A stretch of DNA of 64,000 nucleotides, from the NCBI GenBank assembly GCA_964016885.1, contig OZ024741.1, positions 406,596,001-406,660,000 on the forward strand, read 5' to 3'. Positions 47,701 through 59,700 of the stretch are shown piece by piece. Numbering within the stretch: the first letter of the stretch is position 1; every line of letters starts with the position of its first letter. A program made the position numbers and the translations under genes. This DNA is from Eledone cirrhosa (taxonomy: Eukaryota). Below the pieces are notes generated by a model that saw only the letters and a list, made by a program, of their open reading frames with translations, was not told the DNA's origin and did no database searches.

Positions 47701-50700
47701 TGTGTGTGTTGTCTGTTGGCTGTATGTGTGTTGTCTGTTGGCTGTGTGTGTGTTGTCTGTTGGCTGTGTGTGTTGTCTGTTGGCTGTATGTGTGTTGTCT
47801 GTTGGCTGTATGTATGTTGTCTGTTGGCTGTGTGTGTGTTGTCTGTTGGCTATATGTGTGTTGTCTGTTGGCTGTGTGTGTGTTGTCTGTTGGCTGTGTG
47901 TGTGTTGTCTGTTGGCTGTATGTGTGTTGTCAGTTGGCTGTGTGTGTGTTGTCTGTTGGCTGTGTATGTTGTCTGTTGTCTGTTGGCTGTATGTGTGTTG
48001 TCTGTTGTCTGTGTGTATGTTGTCTGTTGGCTGTGTGTGTGTTGTCTGTTGGCTGTGTGTGTGTTGTCTGTTGGCTGTATGTGTGTTGTCTGTTGGCTGT
48101 GTGTGTGTTGTCTGTTGGCTGTGTGTGTGTTGTCTGTTGGCTGTGTGTGTGTTGTCTGTTGGCTGTATGTGTGTTGTCTGTTGGCTGTGTGTGTTGTCTG
48201 TTGGCTGTATGTGTGTTGTCTGTTGGCTGTGTGTGTGTTGTCTGTTGGCTGTGTGTGTTGTCTGTTGGCTGTATGTGTGTTGTCTGTTGGCTGTATGTAT
48301 GTTGTCTGTTGGCTGTGTGTGTGTGTGTGTGTTGTCTGTTGGCTATATGTGTGTTGTCTGTTGGCTGTGTGTGTGTTGTCTGTTGGCTGTGTGTGTGTTG
48401 TCTGTTGGCTGTATGTGTGTTGTCAGTTGGCTGTGTGTGTGTTGTCTGTTGCCTGTGTATGTTGTCTGTTGTCTGTTGGCTGTATGTGTGTTGTCTGTTG
48501 TCTGTGTGTGTGTTGTCTGTTGGCTGTGTGTGTGTTGTCTGTTGGCTGTGTGTGTGTTGTCTGTTGGCTGTATGTGTGTTGTCAGTTGGCTGTGTGTGTG
48601 TTGTCTGTTGGCTGTATGTGTGTTGTCTGTTGGCTGTATGTGTGTTGTCTGTTGGCTGTATGTGTGTTGTCTGTTGGCTGTGTGTGTGTTGTCTGTTGGC
48701 TGTGTGTGTGTTGTCTGTTGGCTGTATGTGTGTTGTCTGTTGGCTGTATGTGTGTTGTCTGTTGGCTGTATGTGTGTTGTCTGTTGGCTGTGTGTGTGTT
48801 GTCTGTTGGCTGTATGTGTGTTGTCTGTTGGCTGTATGTGTGTTGTCTGTTGGCTGTGTGTGTGTTGTCTGTTGGCTGTATGTGTGTTGTCTGTTGGCTG
48901 TATGTGTGTTGTCTGTTGGCTGTGTGTGTGTTGTCTGTTGGCTGTGTGTGTGTTGTCTGTTGGCTGTATGTGTGTTGTCTGTTGGCTGTATGTGTGTTGT
49001 CTGTTGGCTGTATGTGTGTTGTCTGTTGGCTGTGTGTGTTGTCTGTTGGCTGTATGTGTGTTGTCTGTTGGCTGTGTGTGTGTTGTCTGTTGGCTGTATG
49101 TGTGTTGTCTGTTGGCTGTGTGTGTGTTGTCTGTTGGCTGTATGTGTGTTGTCTGTTGGCTGTATGTGTGTTGTCTGTTGGCTGTGTGTGTGTTGTCTGT
49201 TGGCTGTGTGTGTGTTGTCTGTTGGCTGTGTGTGTTGTCTGTTGGCTGTATGTGTGTTGTCTGTTGGCTGTGTGTGTTGTCTGTTGGCTGTGTGTGTTGT
49301 CTGTTGGCTGTATGTGTGTTGTCTGTTGGCTGTATGTGTGTTGTCTGTTGGCTGTGTGTGTGTTGTCTGTTGGCTGTGTGTGTGTTGTCTGTTGGCTGTG
49401 TGTGTTGTCTGTTGGCTGTATGTGTGTTGTCTGTTGGCTGTATGTGTGTTGTCTGTTGGCTGTGTGTGTTGTCTGTTGGCTGTGTGTGTGTTGTCTGTTG
49501 GCTGTGTGTGTTGTCTGTTGGCTGTATGTGTGTTGTCTGTTGGCTGTATGTGTGTTGTCTGTTGGCTGTGTGTGTGTTGTCTGTTGGCTGTATGTGTGTT
49601 GTCTGTTGGCTGTGTGTGTTGTCTGTTGGCTGTGTGTGTTGTCTGTTGGCTGTATGTGTGTTGTCTGTTGGCTGTATGTGTGTTGTCTGTTGGCTGTGTG
49701 TGTGTTGTCTGTTGGCTGTATGTGTGTTGTCTGTTGGCTGTATGTGTGTTGTCTGTTGGCTGTATGTGTGTTGTCTGTTGGCTGTGTGTGTGTTGTCTGT
49801 TGGCTGTATGTGTGTTGTCTGTTGGCTGTATGTGTGTTGTCTGTTGGCTGTATGTGTGTTGTCTGTTGGCTGTGTGTGTGTTGTCTGTTGGCTGTATGTG
49901 TTGTCTGTTGGCTGTATGTGTGTTGTCTGTTGGCTGTGTGTGTGTTGTCTGTTGGCTGTGTGTGTTGTCTGTTGGCTGTATGTGTGTTGTCTGTTGGCTG
50001 TGTGTGTTGTCTGTTGGCTGTGTGTGTTGTCTGTTGGCTGTATGTGTGTTGTCTGTTGGCTGTATGTGTGTTGTCTGTTGGCTGTGTGTGTGTTGTCTGT
50101 TGGCTGTGTGTGTGTTGTCTGTTGGCTGTATGTGTGTTGTCTGTTGGCTGTATGTGTGTTGTCTGTTGGCTGTATGTGTGTTGTCTGTTGGCTGTGTGTG
50201 TGTTGTCTGTTGGCTGTATGTGTGTTGTCTGTTGGCTGTATGTGTTGTCTGTTGGCTGTATGTGTGTTGTCTGTTGGCTGTATGTGTGTTGTCTGTTGGC
50301 TGTGTGTGTGTTGTCTGTTGGCTGTGTGTGTGTTGTCTGTTGGCTGTATGTGTTGTCTGTTGGCTGTATGTGTGTTGTCTGTTGGCTGTGTGTGTGTTGT
50401 CTGTTGGCTGTGTGTGTTGTCTGTTGGCTGTGTGTGTTGTCTGTTGGCTGTGTGTGTTGTCTGTTGGCTGTATGTGTGTTGTCTGTTGGCTGTGTGTGTT
50501 GTCTGTTGGCTGTATGTGTGTTGTCTGTGTGTGTGTTGTCTGTTGGCTGTGTGTGTTGTCTGTTGGCTGTGTGTGTTGTCTGTTGGCTGTGTGTGTTGTC
50601 TGTTGGCTGTGTGTGTTGTCTGTTGGCTGTATGTGTGTTGTCTGTTGGCTGTGTGTGTTGTCTGTTGGCTGTATGTGTGTTGTCTGTGTGTGTGTTGTCT

Positions 50701-53700
50701 GTTGGCTGTGTGTGTTGTCTGTTGGCTGTATGTGTGTTGTCTGTTGGCTGTGTGTGTTGTCTGTTGGCTGTGTGTGTGTTGTCTGTTGGCTGTGTGTGTG
50801 TTGTCTGTTGGCTGTGTGTGTTGTCTGTTGGCTGTATGTGTGTTGTCTGTGTGTGTGTTGTCTGTTGGCTGTGTGTGTGTTGTCTGTTGGCTGTGTGTGT
50901 TGTCTGTTGGCTGTATGTGTGTTGTCTGTTGGCTGTGTGTGTTGTCTGTTGGCTGTGTGTGTGTTGTCTGTTGGCTGTATGTGTGTTGTCTGTTGGCTGT
51001 ATGTGTGTTGTCTGTTGGCTGTATGTGTGTTGTCTGTTGGCTGTATGTGTGTTGTCTGTTGGCTGTATGTGTTGTCTGTTGGCTGTATGTGTGTTGTCTG
51101 TTGGCTGTGTGTGTGTTGTCTGTTGGCTGTGTGTGTTGTCTGTTGGCTGTATGTGTGTTGTCTGTGTGTGTGTTGTCTGTTGGCTGTGTGTGTGTTGTCT
51201 GTTGGCTGTGTGTGTTGTCTGTTGGCTGTATGTGTGTTGTCTGTTGGCTGTGTGTGTTGTCTGTTGGCTGTGTGTGTTGTCTGTTGGCTGTATGTGTGTT
51301 GTCTGTTGGCTGTATGTGTGTTGTCTGTTGGCTGTGTGTGTGTTGTCTGTTGGCTGTGTGTGTGTTGTCTGTTGGCTGTGTGTGTTGTCTGTTGGCTGTA
51401 TGTGTGTTGTCTGTTGGCTGTATGTGTGTTGTCTGTTGGCTGTGTGTGTGTTGTCTGTTGGCTGTGTGTGTGTTGTCTGTTGGCTGTGTGTGTGTTGTCT
51501 GTTGGCTGTATGTGTGTTGTCTGTTGGCTGTATGTGTGTTGTCTGTTGGCTGTGTGTGTGTTGTCTGTTGGCTGTGTGTGTTGTCTGTTGGCTGTATGTG
51601 TGTTGTCTGTTGGCTGTGTGTGTTGTCTGTTGGCTGTATGTGTGTTGTCTGTATGTGTGTTGTCTGTTGGCTGTGTGTGTTGTCTGTTGGCTGTATGTGT
51701 GTTGTCTGTTGGCTGTGTGTGTGTTGTCTGTTGGCTGTATGTGTGTTGTCTGTTGGCTGTGTGTGTTGTCTGTTGGCTGTATGTGTGTTGTCTGTTGGCT
51801 GTGTGTGTGTTGTCTGTTGGCTGTGTGTGTGTTGTCTGTTGGCTGTGTGTGTTGTCTGTTGGCTGTATGTGTGTTGTCTGTGTGTGTGTTGTCTGTTGGC
51901 TGTATGTGTGTTGTCTGTTGGCTGTGTGTGTGTTGTCTGTTGGCTGTATGTGTGTTGTCTGTTGGCTGTGTGTGTGTTGTCTGTTGGCTGTGTGTGTGTT
52001 GTCTGTTGGCTGTATGTGTGTTGTCTGTTGGCTGTGTGTGTGTTGTCTGTTGGCTGTGTGTGTGTTGTTTGTGTGTGTGTTGTCTGTTGGCTGTATGTGT
52101 GTTGTCTGTTGGCTGTGTGTGTGTTGTCTGTTGGCTGTGTGTGTGTTGTTTGTGTGTGTGTTGTCTGTTGGCTGTGTGTGTGTTATCTGTTGGCTGTATG
52201 TGTGTTGTCTGTTGGCTGTGTGTGTGTTGTCTGTTGGCTGTATGTGTGTTGTCTGTGTGTGTGTTGTCTGTTGGCTGTATGTGTGTTGTCTGTGTGTGTG
52301 TTGTCTGTTGGCTGTATGTGTGTTGTCTGTTGGCTGTGTGTGTGTTGTCTGTTGGCTGTGTGTGTGTTGTCTGTTGGCTGTATGTGTGTTGTCTGTGTGT
52401 GTGTTGTCTGTTGGCTGTATGTGTGTTGTCTGTGTGTGTGTTGTCTGTTGGCTGTATGTGTGTTGTCTGTTGGCTGTGTGTGTGTTGTCTGTTGGCTGTG
52501 TGTGTGTTGTTTGTGTGTGTGTTGTCTGTTGGCTGTGTGTGTGTTATCTGTTGGCTGTATGTGTGTTGTCTGTTGGCTGTGTGTGTGTTGTCTGTTGGCT
52601 GTGTGTGTGTTGTCTGTTGGCTGTATGTGTGTTGTCTGTTGGCTGTGTGTGTGTTGTCTGTTGGCTGTGTGTGTGTTGTCTGTTGGCTGTATGTGTGTTG
52701 TCTGTTGGCTGTGTGTGTGTTGTCTGTTGGCTGTGTGTGTGTTGTCTGTTGGCTGTGTGTGTGTTGTCTGTTGGCTGTGTGTGTGTTGTCTGTGTGTGTG
52801 TTGTCTGTTGGCTGTGTGTGTGTTGTCTGTTGGCTGTGTGTGTGTTGTCTGTTGGCTGTGTGTGTGTTGTCTGTTGGCTGTGTGTGTGTTGTCTGTTGGC
52901 TGTGTGTATGTTGTCTGTTGGCTGTATGTGTGTTGTCTGTTGGCTGTGTGTGTGTTGTCTGTTGGCTGTGTGTGTGTTGTCTGTTGGCTGTGTGTGTGTT
53001 GTCTGTTGGCTGTGTGTGTGTTGTCTGTTGGCTGTGTGTGTGTTGTCTGTGTGTGTGTTGTCTGTTGGCTGTGTGTGTGTTGTCTGTTGGCTGTGTGTGT
53101 GTTGTCTGTTGGCTGTGTGTGTGTTGTCTGTTGGCTGTGTGTGTGTTGTCTGTTGGCTGTGTGTATGTTGTCTGTTGGCTGTATGTGTGTTGTCTGTTGG
53201 CTGTGTGTGTGTTGTCTGTTGGCTGTGTGTGTGTTGTCTGTTGGCTGTGTGTGTGTTGTCTGTTGGCTGTGTGTGTGTTGTCTGTTGGCTATGTGTGTGT
53301 TGTCTGTTGGCTGTGTGTGTGTTCTCTGTTGGCTGTGTGTGTGTTGTCTGTTGGCTGTGTGTGTGTTGTCTGTTGGCTATATGTGTGTTGTCTGTTGGCT
53401 GTGTGTGTGTTGTCTGTTGGCTGTGTGTATGTTGTCTGTTGTCTGTATGTGTGTTGTCTGTTGGCTGTGTGTGTGTTGTCTGTTGGCTGTGTGTGTGTTG
53501 TCTGTTGGCTATATGTGTGTTGTCTGTTGGCTGTGTGTGTGTTGTCTGTTGGCTGTGTGTGTGTTGTCTGTTGGCTATATGTGTGTTGTCTGTTGGCTGT
53601 GTGTGTGTTGTCTGTTGGCTGTGTGTGTGTTGTCTGTTGGCTGTGTGTGTGTTGTCTGTTGGCTGTGTATGTGTTGTCTGTTGGCTGTATGTGTGTTGTC

Positions 53701-56700
53701 TGTTGGCTGTGTGTATGTTGTCTGTTGGCTGTATGTGTGTTGTCTGTTGGCTGTGTGTGTGTTGTCTGTTGGCTGTGTGTGTGTTGTCTGTTGGCTATAT
53801 GTGTGTTGTCTGTTGGCTGTGTGTGTGTTGTCTATTGGCTGTGTGTGTGTTGTCTGTTGGCTGTGTGTGTGTTGTCTGTTGGCTGTGTGTGTGTTGTCTG
53901 TTGGCTGTATGTGTGTTGTCTGTTGGCTGTGTGTGTGTTGTCTGTTGGCTATATGTGTGTTGTCTGTTGGCTGTGTGTGTGTTGTCTGTTGGCTGTGTGT
54001 GTGTTGTCTGTTGGCTGTGTGTGTGTTGTCTGTTGGCTGTGTGTGTGTTGTCTGTTGGCTGTATGTGTGTTGTCTGTTGGCTGTATGTGTGTTGTCTGTT
54101 GGCTGTGTGTGTGTTGTCTGTTGGCTGTATGTGTGTTGTCTGTTGTCTGTGTGTGTGTTGTCTGTTGGCTGTGTGTGTGTTGTCTGTTGGCTGTATGTGT
54201 GTTGTCTGTTGGCTGTGTGTGTGTTGTCTGTTGGCTGTGTGTGTGTTGTCTGTTGGCTGTATGTGTGTTGTCTGTTGGCTGTGTGTGTGTTGTCTGTTGG
54301 CTGTGTGTGTGTTGTCTGTTGGCTGTATGTGTGTTGTCTGTTGGCTGTGTGTGTGTTGTCTGTTGGCTGTGTGTGTGTTGTCTGTTGGCTGTATGTGTGT
54401 TGTCTGTTGGCTGTGTGTGTGTTGTCTGTTGGCTATATGTGTGTTGTCTGTTGGCTGTGTGTGTGTTGTCTGTTGGCTGTGTGTGTGTTGTCTGTTGGCT
54501 GTGTGTGTGTTGTCTGTTGGCTGTGTGTGTGTTGTCTGTTGGCTGTATGTGTGTTGTCTGTTGGCTGTATGTGTGTTGTCTGTTGGCTGTGTGTGTGTTG
54601 TCTGTTGGCTGTATGTGTGTTGTCTGTTGTCTGTGTGTGTGTTGTCTGTTGGCTGTGTGCGTGTTGTCTGTTGGCTGTGTGTGTGTTGTCTGTTGGCTAT
54701 ATGTGTGTTGTCTGTTGGCTGTGTGTGTGTTGTCTGTTGGCTGTGTGTGTGTTGTCTGTTGGCTGTGTGTGTGTTGTCTGTTGGCTGTGTGTGTGTTGTC
54801 TGTTGGCTGTGTGTGTGTTGTCTGTTGGCTGTGTGTGTGTTGTCTGTTGGCTGTGTGTGTGTTGTCTGTTGGCTGTGTGTGTGTTGTCAGTTGGCTGTGT
54901 GTGTGTTGTCTGTTGGCTGTGTGTGTGTTGTCTGTTGGCTGTGTGTGTGTTGTCTGTTGGCTGTGTGTGTGTTGTCTGTTGGCTATATGTGTGTTGTCTG
55001 TTGGCTGTGTGTGTGTTGTCTGTTGGCTGTGTGTGTGTTGTCTGTTGGCTGTATGTGTGTTGTCTGTTGGCTGTATGTGTGTTGTCTGTTGGCTGTATGT
55101 GTGTTGTCTGTTGGCTGTGTGTGTGTTGTCTGTTGGCTGTATGTGTGTTGTCTGTTGTCTGTGTGTGTGTTGTCTGTTGGCTGTGTGTGTGTTGTCTGTT
55201 GGCTGTGTGTGTGTTGTCTGTTGGCTGTATGTGTGTTGTCAGTTGGCTGTGTGTGTGTTGTCTGTTGGCTGTGTGTGTGTTGTCTGTTGGCTGTGTGTGT
55301 GTTGTCTGTTGGCTGTGTGTGTGTTGTCTGTTGGCTATATGTGTGTTGTCTGTTGGCTGTGTGTGTGTTGTCTGTTGGCTGTATGTGTGTTGTCTGTTGG
55401 CTGTATGTGTGTTGTCTGTTGGCTGTATGTGTGTTGTCTGTTGGCTATATGTGTGTTGTCTGTTGGCTGTGTGTGTGTTGTCTGTTGGCTATATGTGTGT
55501 TGTCTGTTGGCTGTGTGTGTGTTGTCTGTTGGCTGTGTGTGTGTTGTCTGTTGGCTGTATGTGTGTTGTCTGTTGGCTGTATGTGTGTTGTCTGTTGGCT
55601 GTATGTGTGTTGTCTGTTGGCTGTGTGTGTGTTGTCTGTTGGCTGTATGTGTGTTGTCTGTTGTCTGTGTGTGTGTTGTCTGTTGGCTGTGTGTGTGTTG
55701 TCTGTTGGCTGTGTGTGTGTTGTCTGTTGGCTGTATGTGTGTTGTCAGTTGGCTGTGTGTGTGTTGTCTGTTGGCTGTGTGTGTGTTGTCTGTTGGCTGT
55801 ATGTGTGTTGTCTGTTGTCTGTGTGTGTGTTGTCTGTTGGCTGTGTGTGTGTTGTCTGTTGGCTGTGTGTGTGTTGTCTGTTGGCTGTGTGTGTGTTGTC
55901 TGTTGGCTGTATGTGTGTTGTCTGTTGGCTGTATGTGTGTTGTCTGTTGGCTGTGTGTGTGTTGTCTGTTGGCTGTGTGTGTGTTGTCTGTTGGCTGTGT
56001 GTGTGTTGTCTGTTGGCTGTGTGTGTGTTGTCTGTTGGCTGTGTGTGTGTTGTCTGTTGGCTGTATGTGTGTTGTCTGTTGGCTGTATGTGTGTTGTCTG
56101 TTGGCTGTGTGTGTGTTGTCTGTTGGCTGTATGTGTGTTGTCTGTTGTCTGTGTGTGTGTTGTCTGTTGGCTGTGTGTGTGTTGTCTGTTGGCTGTGTGT
56201 GTGTTGTCTGTTGGCTGTGTGTGTGTTGTCTGTTGGCTGTGTGTGTGTTGTCTGTTGGCTGTATGTGTGTTGTCTGTTGTCTGTGTGTGTGTTGTCTGTT
56301 GGCTGTGTGTGTGTTGTCTGTTGGCTGTGTGTGTGTTGTCTGTTGGCTGTGTGTGTGTTGTCTGTTGGCTGTATGTGTGTTGTCTGTTGGCTGTGTGTGT
56401 GTTGTCTGTTGGCTGTATGTGTGTTGTCTGTTGTCTGTGTGTGTGTTGTCTGTTGGCTGTGTGTGTGTTGTCTGTTGGCTGTGTGTGTGTTGTCTGTTGG
56501 CTGTGTGTGTGTTGTCTGTTGGCTGTGTGTGTGTTGTCTGTTGGCTGTGTGTGTGTTGTCTGTTGGCTGTATGTGTGTTGTCTGTTGTCTGTGTGTGTGT
56601 TGTCTGTTGTCTGTGTGTGTGTTGTCTGTTGGCTGTGTGTGTGTTGTCTGTTGGCTGTGTGTGTGTTGTCTGTTGGCTGTGTGTGTGTTGTCTGTTGGCT

Positions 56701-59700
56701 GTATGTGTGTTGTCTGTTGGCTGTATGTGTGTTGTCTGTTGGCTGTGTGTGTGTTGTCTGTTGGCTGTATGTGTGTTGTCTGTTGTCTGTGTGTGTGTTG
56801 TCTGTTGGCTGTGTGTGTGTTGTCTGTTGGCTGTGTGTGTGTTGTCTGTTGGCTGTGTGTGTGTTGTCTGTTGGCTGTATGTACGTTGTCTGTTGGCTGT
56901 GTGTGTGTTGTCTGTTGGCTGTATGTGTGTTGTCTGTTGTCTGTGTGTGTGTTGTCTGTTGGCTGTGTGTGTGTTGTCTGTTGGCTGTGTGTGTGTTGTC
57001 TGTTGGCTGTGTGTGTGTTGTCTGTTGGCTGTGTGTGTGTTGTCTGTTGGCTGTTGTGTCTGGTGTTGTCTGTTGGCTGTATGTGTGTTGTCTGTTGTCT
57101 GTGTGTGTGTTGTCTGTTGGCTGTATGTGTGTTGTCTGTTGGCTGTGTGTGTGTTGTCTGTTGGCTGTGTGTGTGTTGTCTGTTGGCTGTGTGTGTGTTG
57201 TCTGTTGGCTGTATGTGTGTTGTCTGTTGGCTGTATGTGTGTTGTCTGTTGGCTGTGTGTGTGTTGTCTGTTGGCTGTATGTGTGTTGTCTGTTGTCTGT
57301 GTGTGTGTTGTCTGTTGGCTGTGTGTGTGTTGTCTGGTGGCTGTGTGTGTGTTGTCTGTTGGCTGTGTGTGTGTTGTCTGTTGGCTGTATGTGTGTTGTC
57401 TGTTGGCTGTATGTGTGTTGTCTGTTGGCTGTATGTGTGTTGTCTGTTGGCTGTGTGTGTGTTGTCTGTTGGCTGTATGTGTGTTGTCTGTTGTCTGTGT
57501 GTGTGTTGTCTGTTGGCTGTGTGTGTGTTGTCTGTTGGCTGTGTGTGTGTTGTCTGTTGGCTGTATGTGTGTTGTCTGTTGGCTGTGTGTGTGTTGTCTG
57601 TTGGCTGTGTGTGTGTTGTCTGTTGGCTGTGTGTGTGTTGTCTGTTGGCTGTGTGTGTGTTGTCTGTTGGCTATATGTGTGTTGTCTGTTGGGCTGTGTG
57701 TGTGTTGTCTGTTGGCTGTGTGTGTGTTGTCTGTTGGCTGTATGTGTGTTGTCTGTTGGCTGTATGTGTGTTGTCTGTTGGCTGTATGTGTGTTGTCTGT
57801 TGGCTGTGTGTGTGTTGTCTGTTGGCTGTATGTGTGTTGTCTGTTGTCTGTGTGTGTGTTGTCTGTTGGCTGTGTGTGTGTTGTCTGTTGGCTGTGTGTG
57901 TGTTGTCTGTTGGCTGTATGTGTGTTGTCTGTTGGCTGTGTGTGTGTTGTCTGTTGGCTGTGTGTGTGTTGTCTGTTGGCTGTGTGTGTGTTGTCTGTTG
58001 GCTGTGTGTGTGTTGTCTGTTGGCTATATGTGTGTTGTCTGTTGGCTGTGTGTGTGTTGTCTGTTGGCTGTGTGTGTGTTGTCTGTTGGCTGTGTGTGTG
58101 TTGTCTGTTGGCTGTATGTGTGTTGTCTGTTGGCTGTATGTGTGTTGTCTGTTGGCTGTATGTGTGTTGTCTGTTGGCTGTATGTGTGTTGTCTGTTGGC
58201 TGTGTGTGTGTTGTCTGTTGGCTGTATGTGTGTTGTCTGTTGGCTGTATGTGTGTTGTCTGTTGGCTGTGTGTGTGTTGTCTGTTGGCTATGGTGTGTGT
58301 TGTCTGTTGGCTGTGTGTGTGTTGTCTGTTGGCTGTGTGTGTGTTGTCTGTTGGCTGTATGTGTTGTCTGTTGGCTGTGTGTGTGTTGTCTGTTGGCTGT
58401 ATGTGTTGTCTGTTGGCTGTGTGTGTGTTGTTTGTTGGCTGTGTGTGTGTTGTCTGTTGGCTGTGTGTGTTGTCTGTTGGCTGTGTGTGTGTTGTCTGTT
58501 GGCTGTGTGTGTGTTGTCTGTTGGCTGTATGTGTGTTGTCTGTTGGCTATGTGTGTGTTGTCTGTTGGCTGTGTGTGTGTTGTCTGTTGGCTGTGTGTGT
58601 TGTCTGTTGGCTGTGTGTGTGTTGTCTGTTGGCTGTATGTGTTGTCTGTTGGCTGTGTGTGTGTTGTCTGTTGGCTGTGTGTGTGTTGTCTGTTGGCTGT
58701 GTGTGTGTTGTCTGTTGGCTGTGTGTGTGTTGTCTGTTGGCTGTGTGTGTGTTGTCTGTTGGCTATATGTGTGTTGTCTGTTGGCTGTGTGTGTGTTGTC
58801 TGTTGGCTGTGTGTGTGTTGTCTGTTGGCTGTGTGTGTGTTGTCTGTTGGCTGTATGTGTGTTGTCTGTTGGCTGTGTGTGTGTTGTCTGTTGGCTGTGT
58901 GTGTGTTGTCTGTTGGCTGTGTGTGTGTTGTCTGTTGGCTGTGTGTGTGTTGTCTGTTGGCTGTGTGTGTGTTGTCTGTTGGCTGTATGTGTGTTGTCTG
59001 TTGGCTGTGTGTGTGTTGTCTGTTGGCTGTGTGTGTGTTGTCTGTTGGCTGTGTGTGTGTTGTCTGTTGGCTGTATGTGTGTTGTCTGTTGGCTGTGTGT
59101 GTGTTGTCTGTTGGCTGTGTGTGTGTTGTCTGTTGGCTGTGTGTGTGTTGTCTGTTGGCTGTATGTGTGTTGTCTGTTGGCTGTATGTGTGTTGTCTGTT
59201 GGCTGTATGTGTGTTGTCTGTTGGCTGTATGTGTGTTGTCTGTTGGCTGTGTGTGTGTTGTCTGTTGGCTGTATGTGTGTTGTCTGTTGGCTGTATGTGT
59301 GTTGTCTGTTGGCTGTGTGTGTGTTGTCTGTTGGCTGTATGTGTGTTGTCTGTTGGCTGTGTGTGTGTTGTCTGTTGGCTGTGTGTGTGTTGTCTGTTGG
59401 CTGTATGTGTTGTCTGTTGGCTGTGTGTGTGTTGTCTGTTGGCTGTATGTGTTGTCTGTTGGCTGTGTGTGTGTTGTCTGTTGGCTGTGTGTGTGTTGTC
59501 TGTTGGCTGTGTGTGTGTTGTCTGTTGGCTGTATGTGTGTTGTCTGTTGGCTGTGTGTGTGTTGTCTGTTGGCTGTGTGTGTGTTGTCTGTTGGCTGTGT
59601 GTGTTGTCTGTTGGCTGTGTGTGTGTTGTCTGTTGGCTGTATGTGTTGTCTGTTGGCTGTGTGTGTGTTGTCTGTTGGCTGTGTGTGTTGTCTGTTGGCT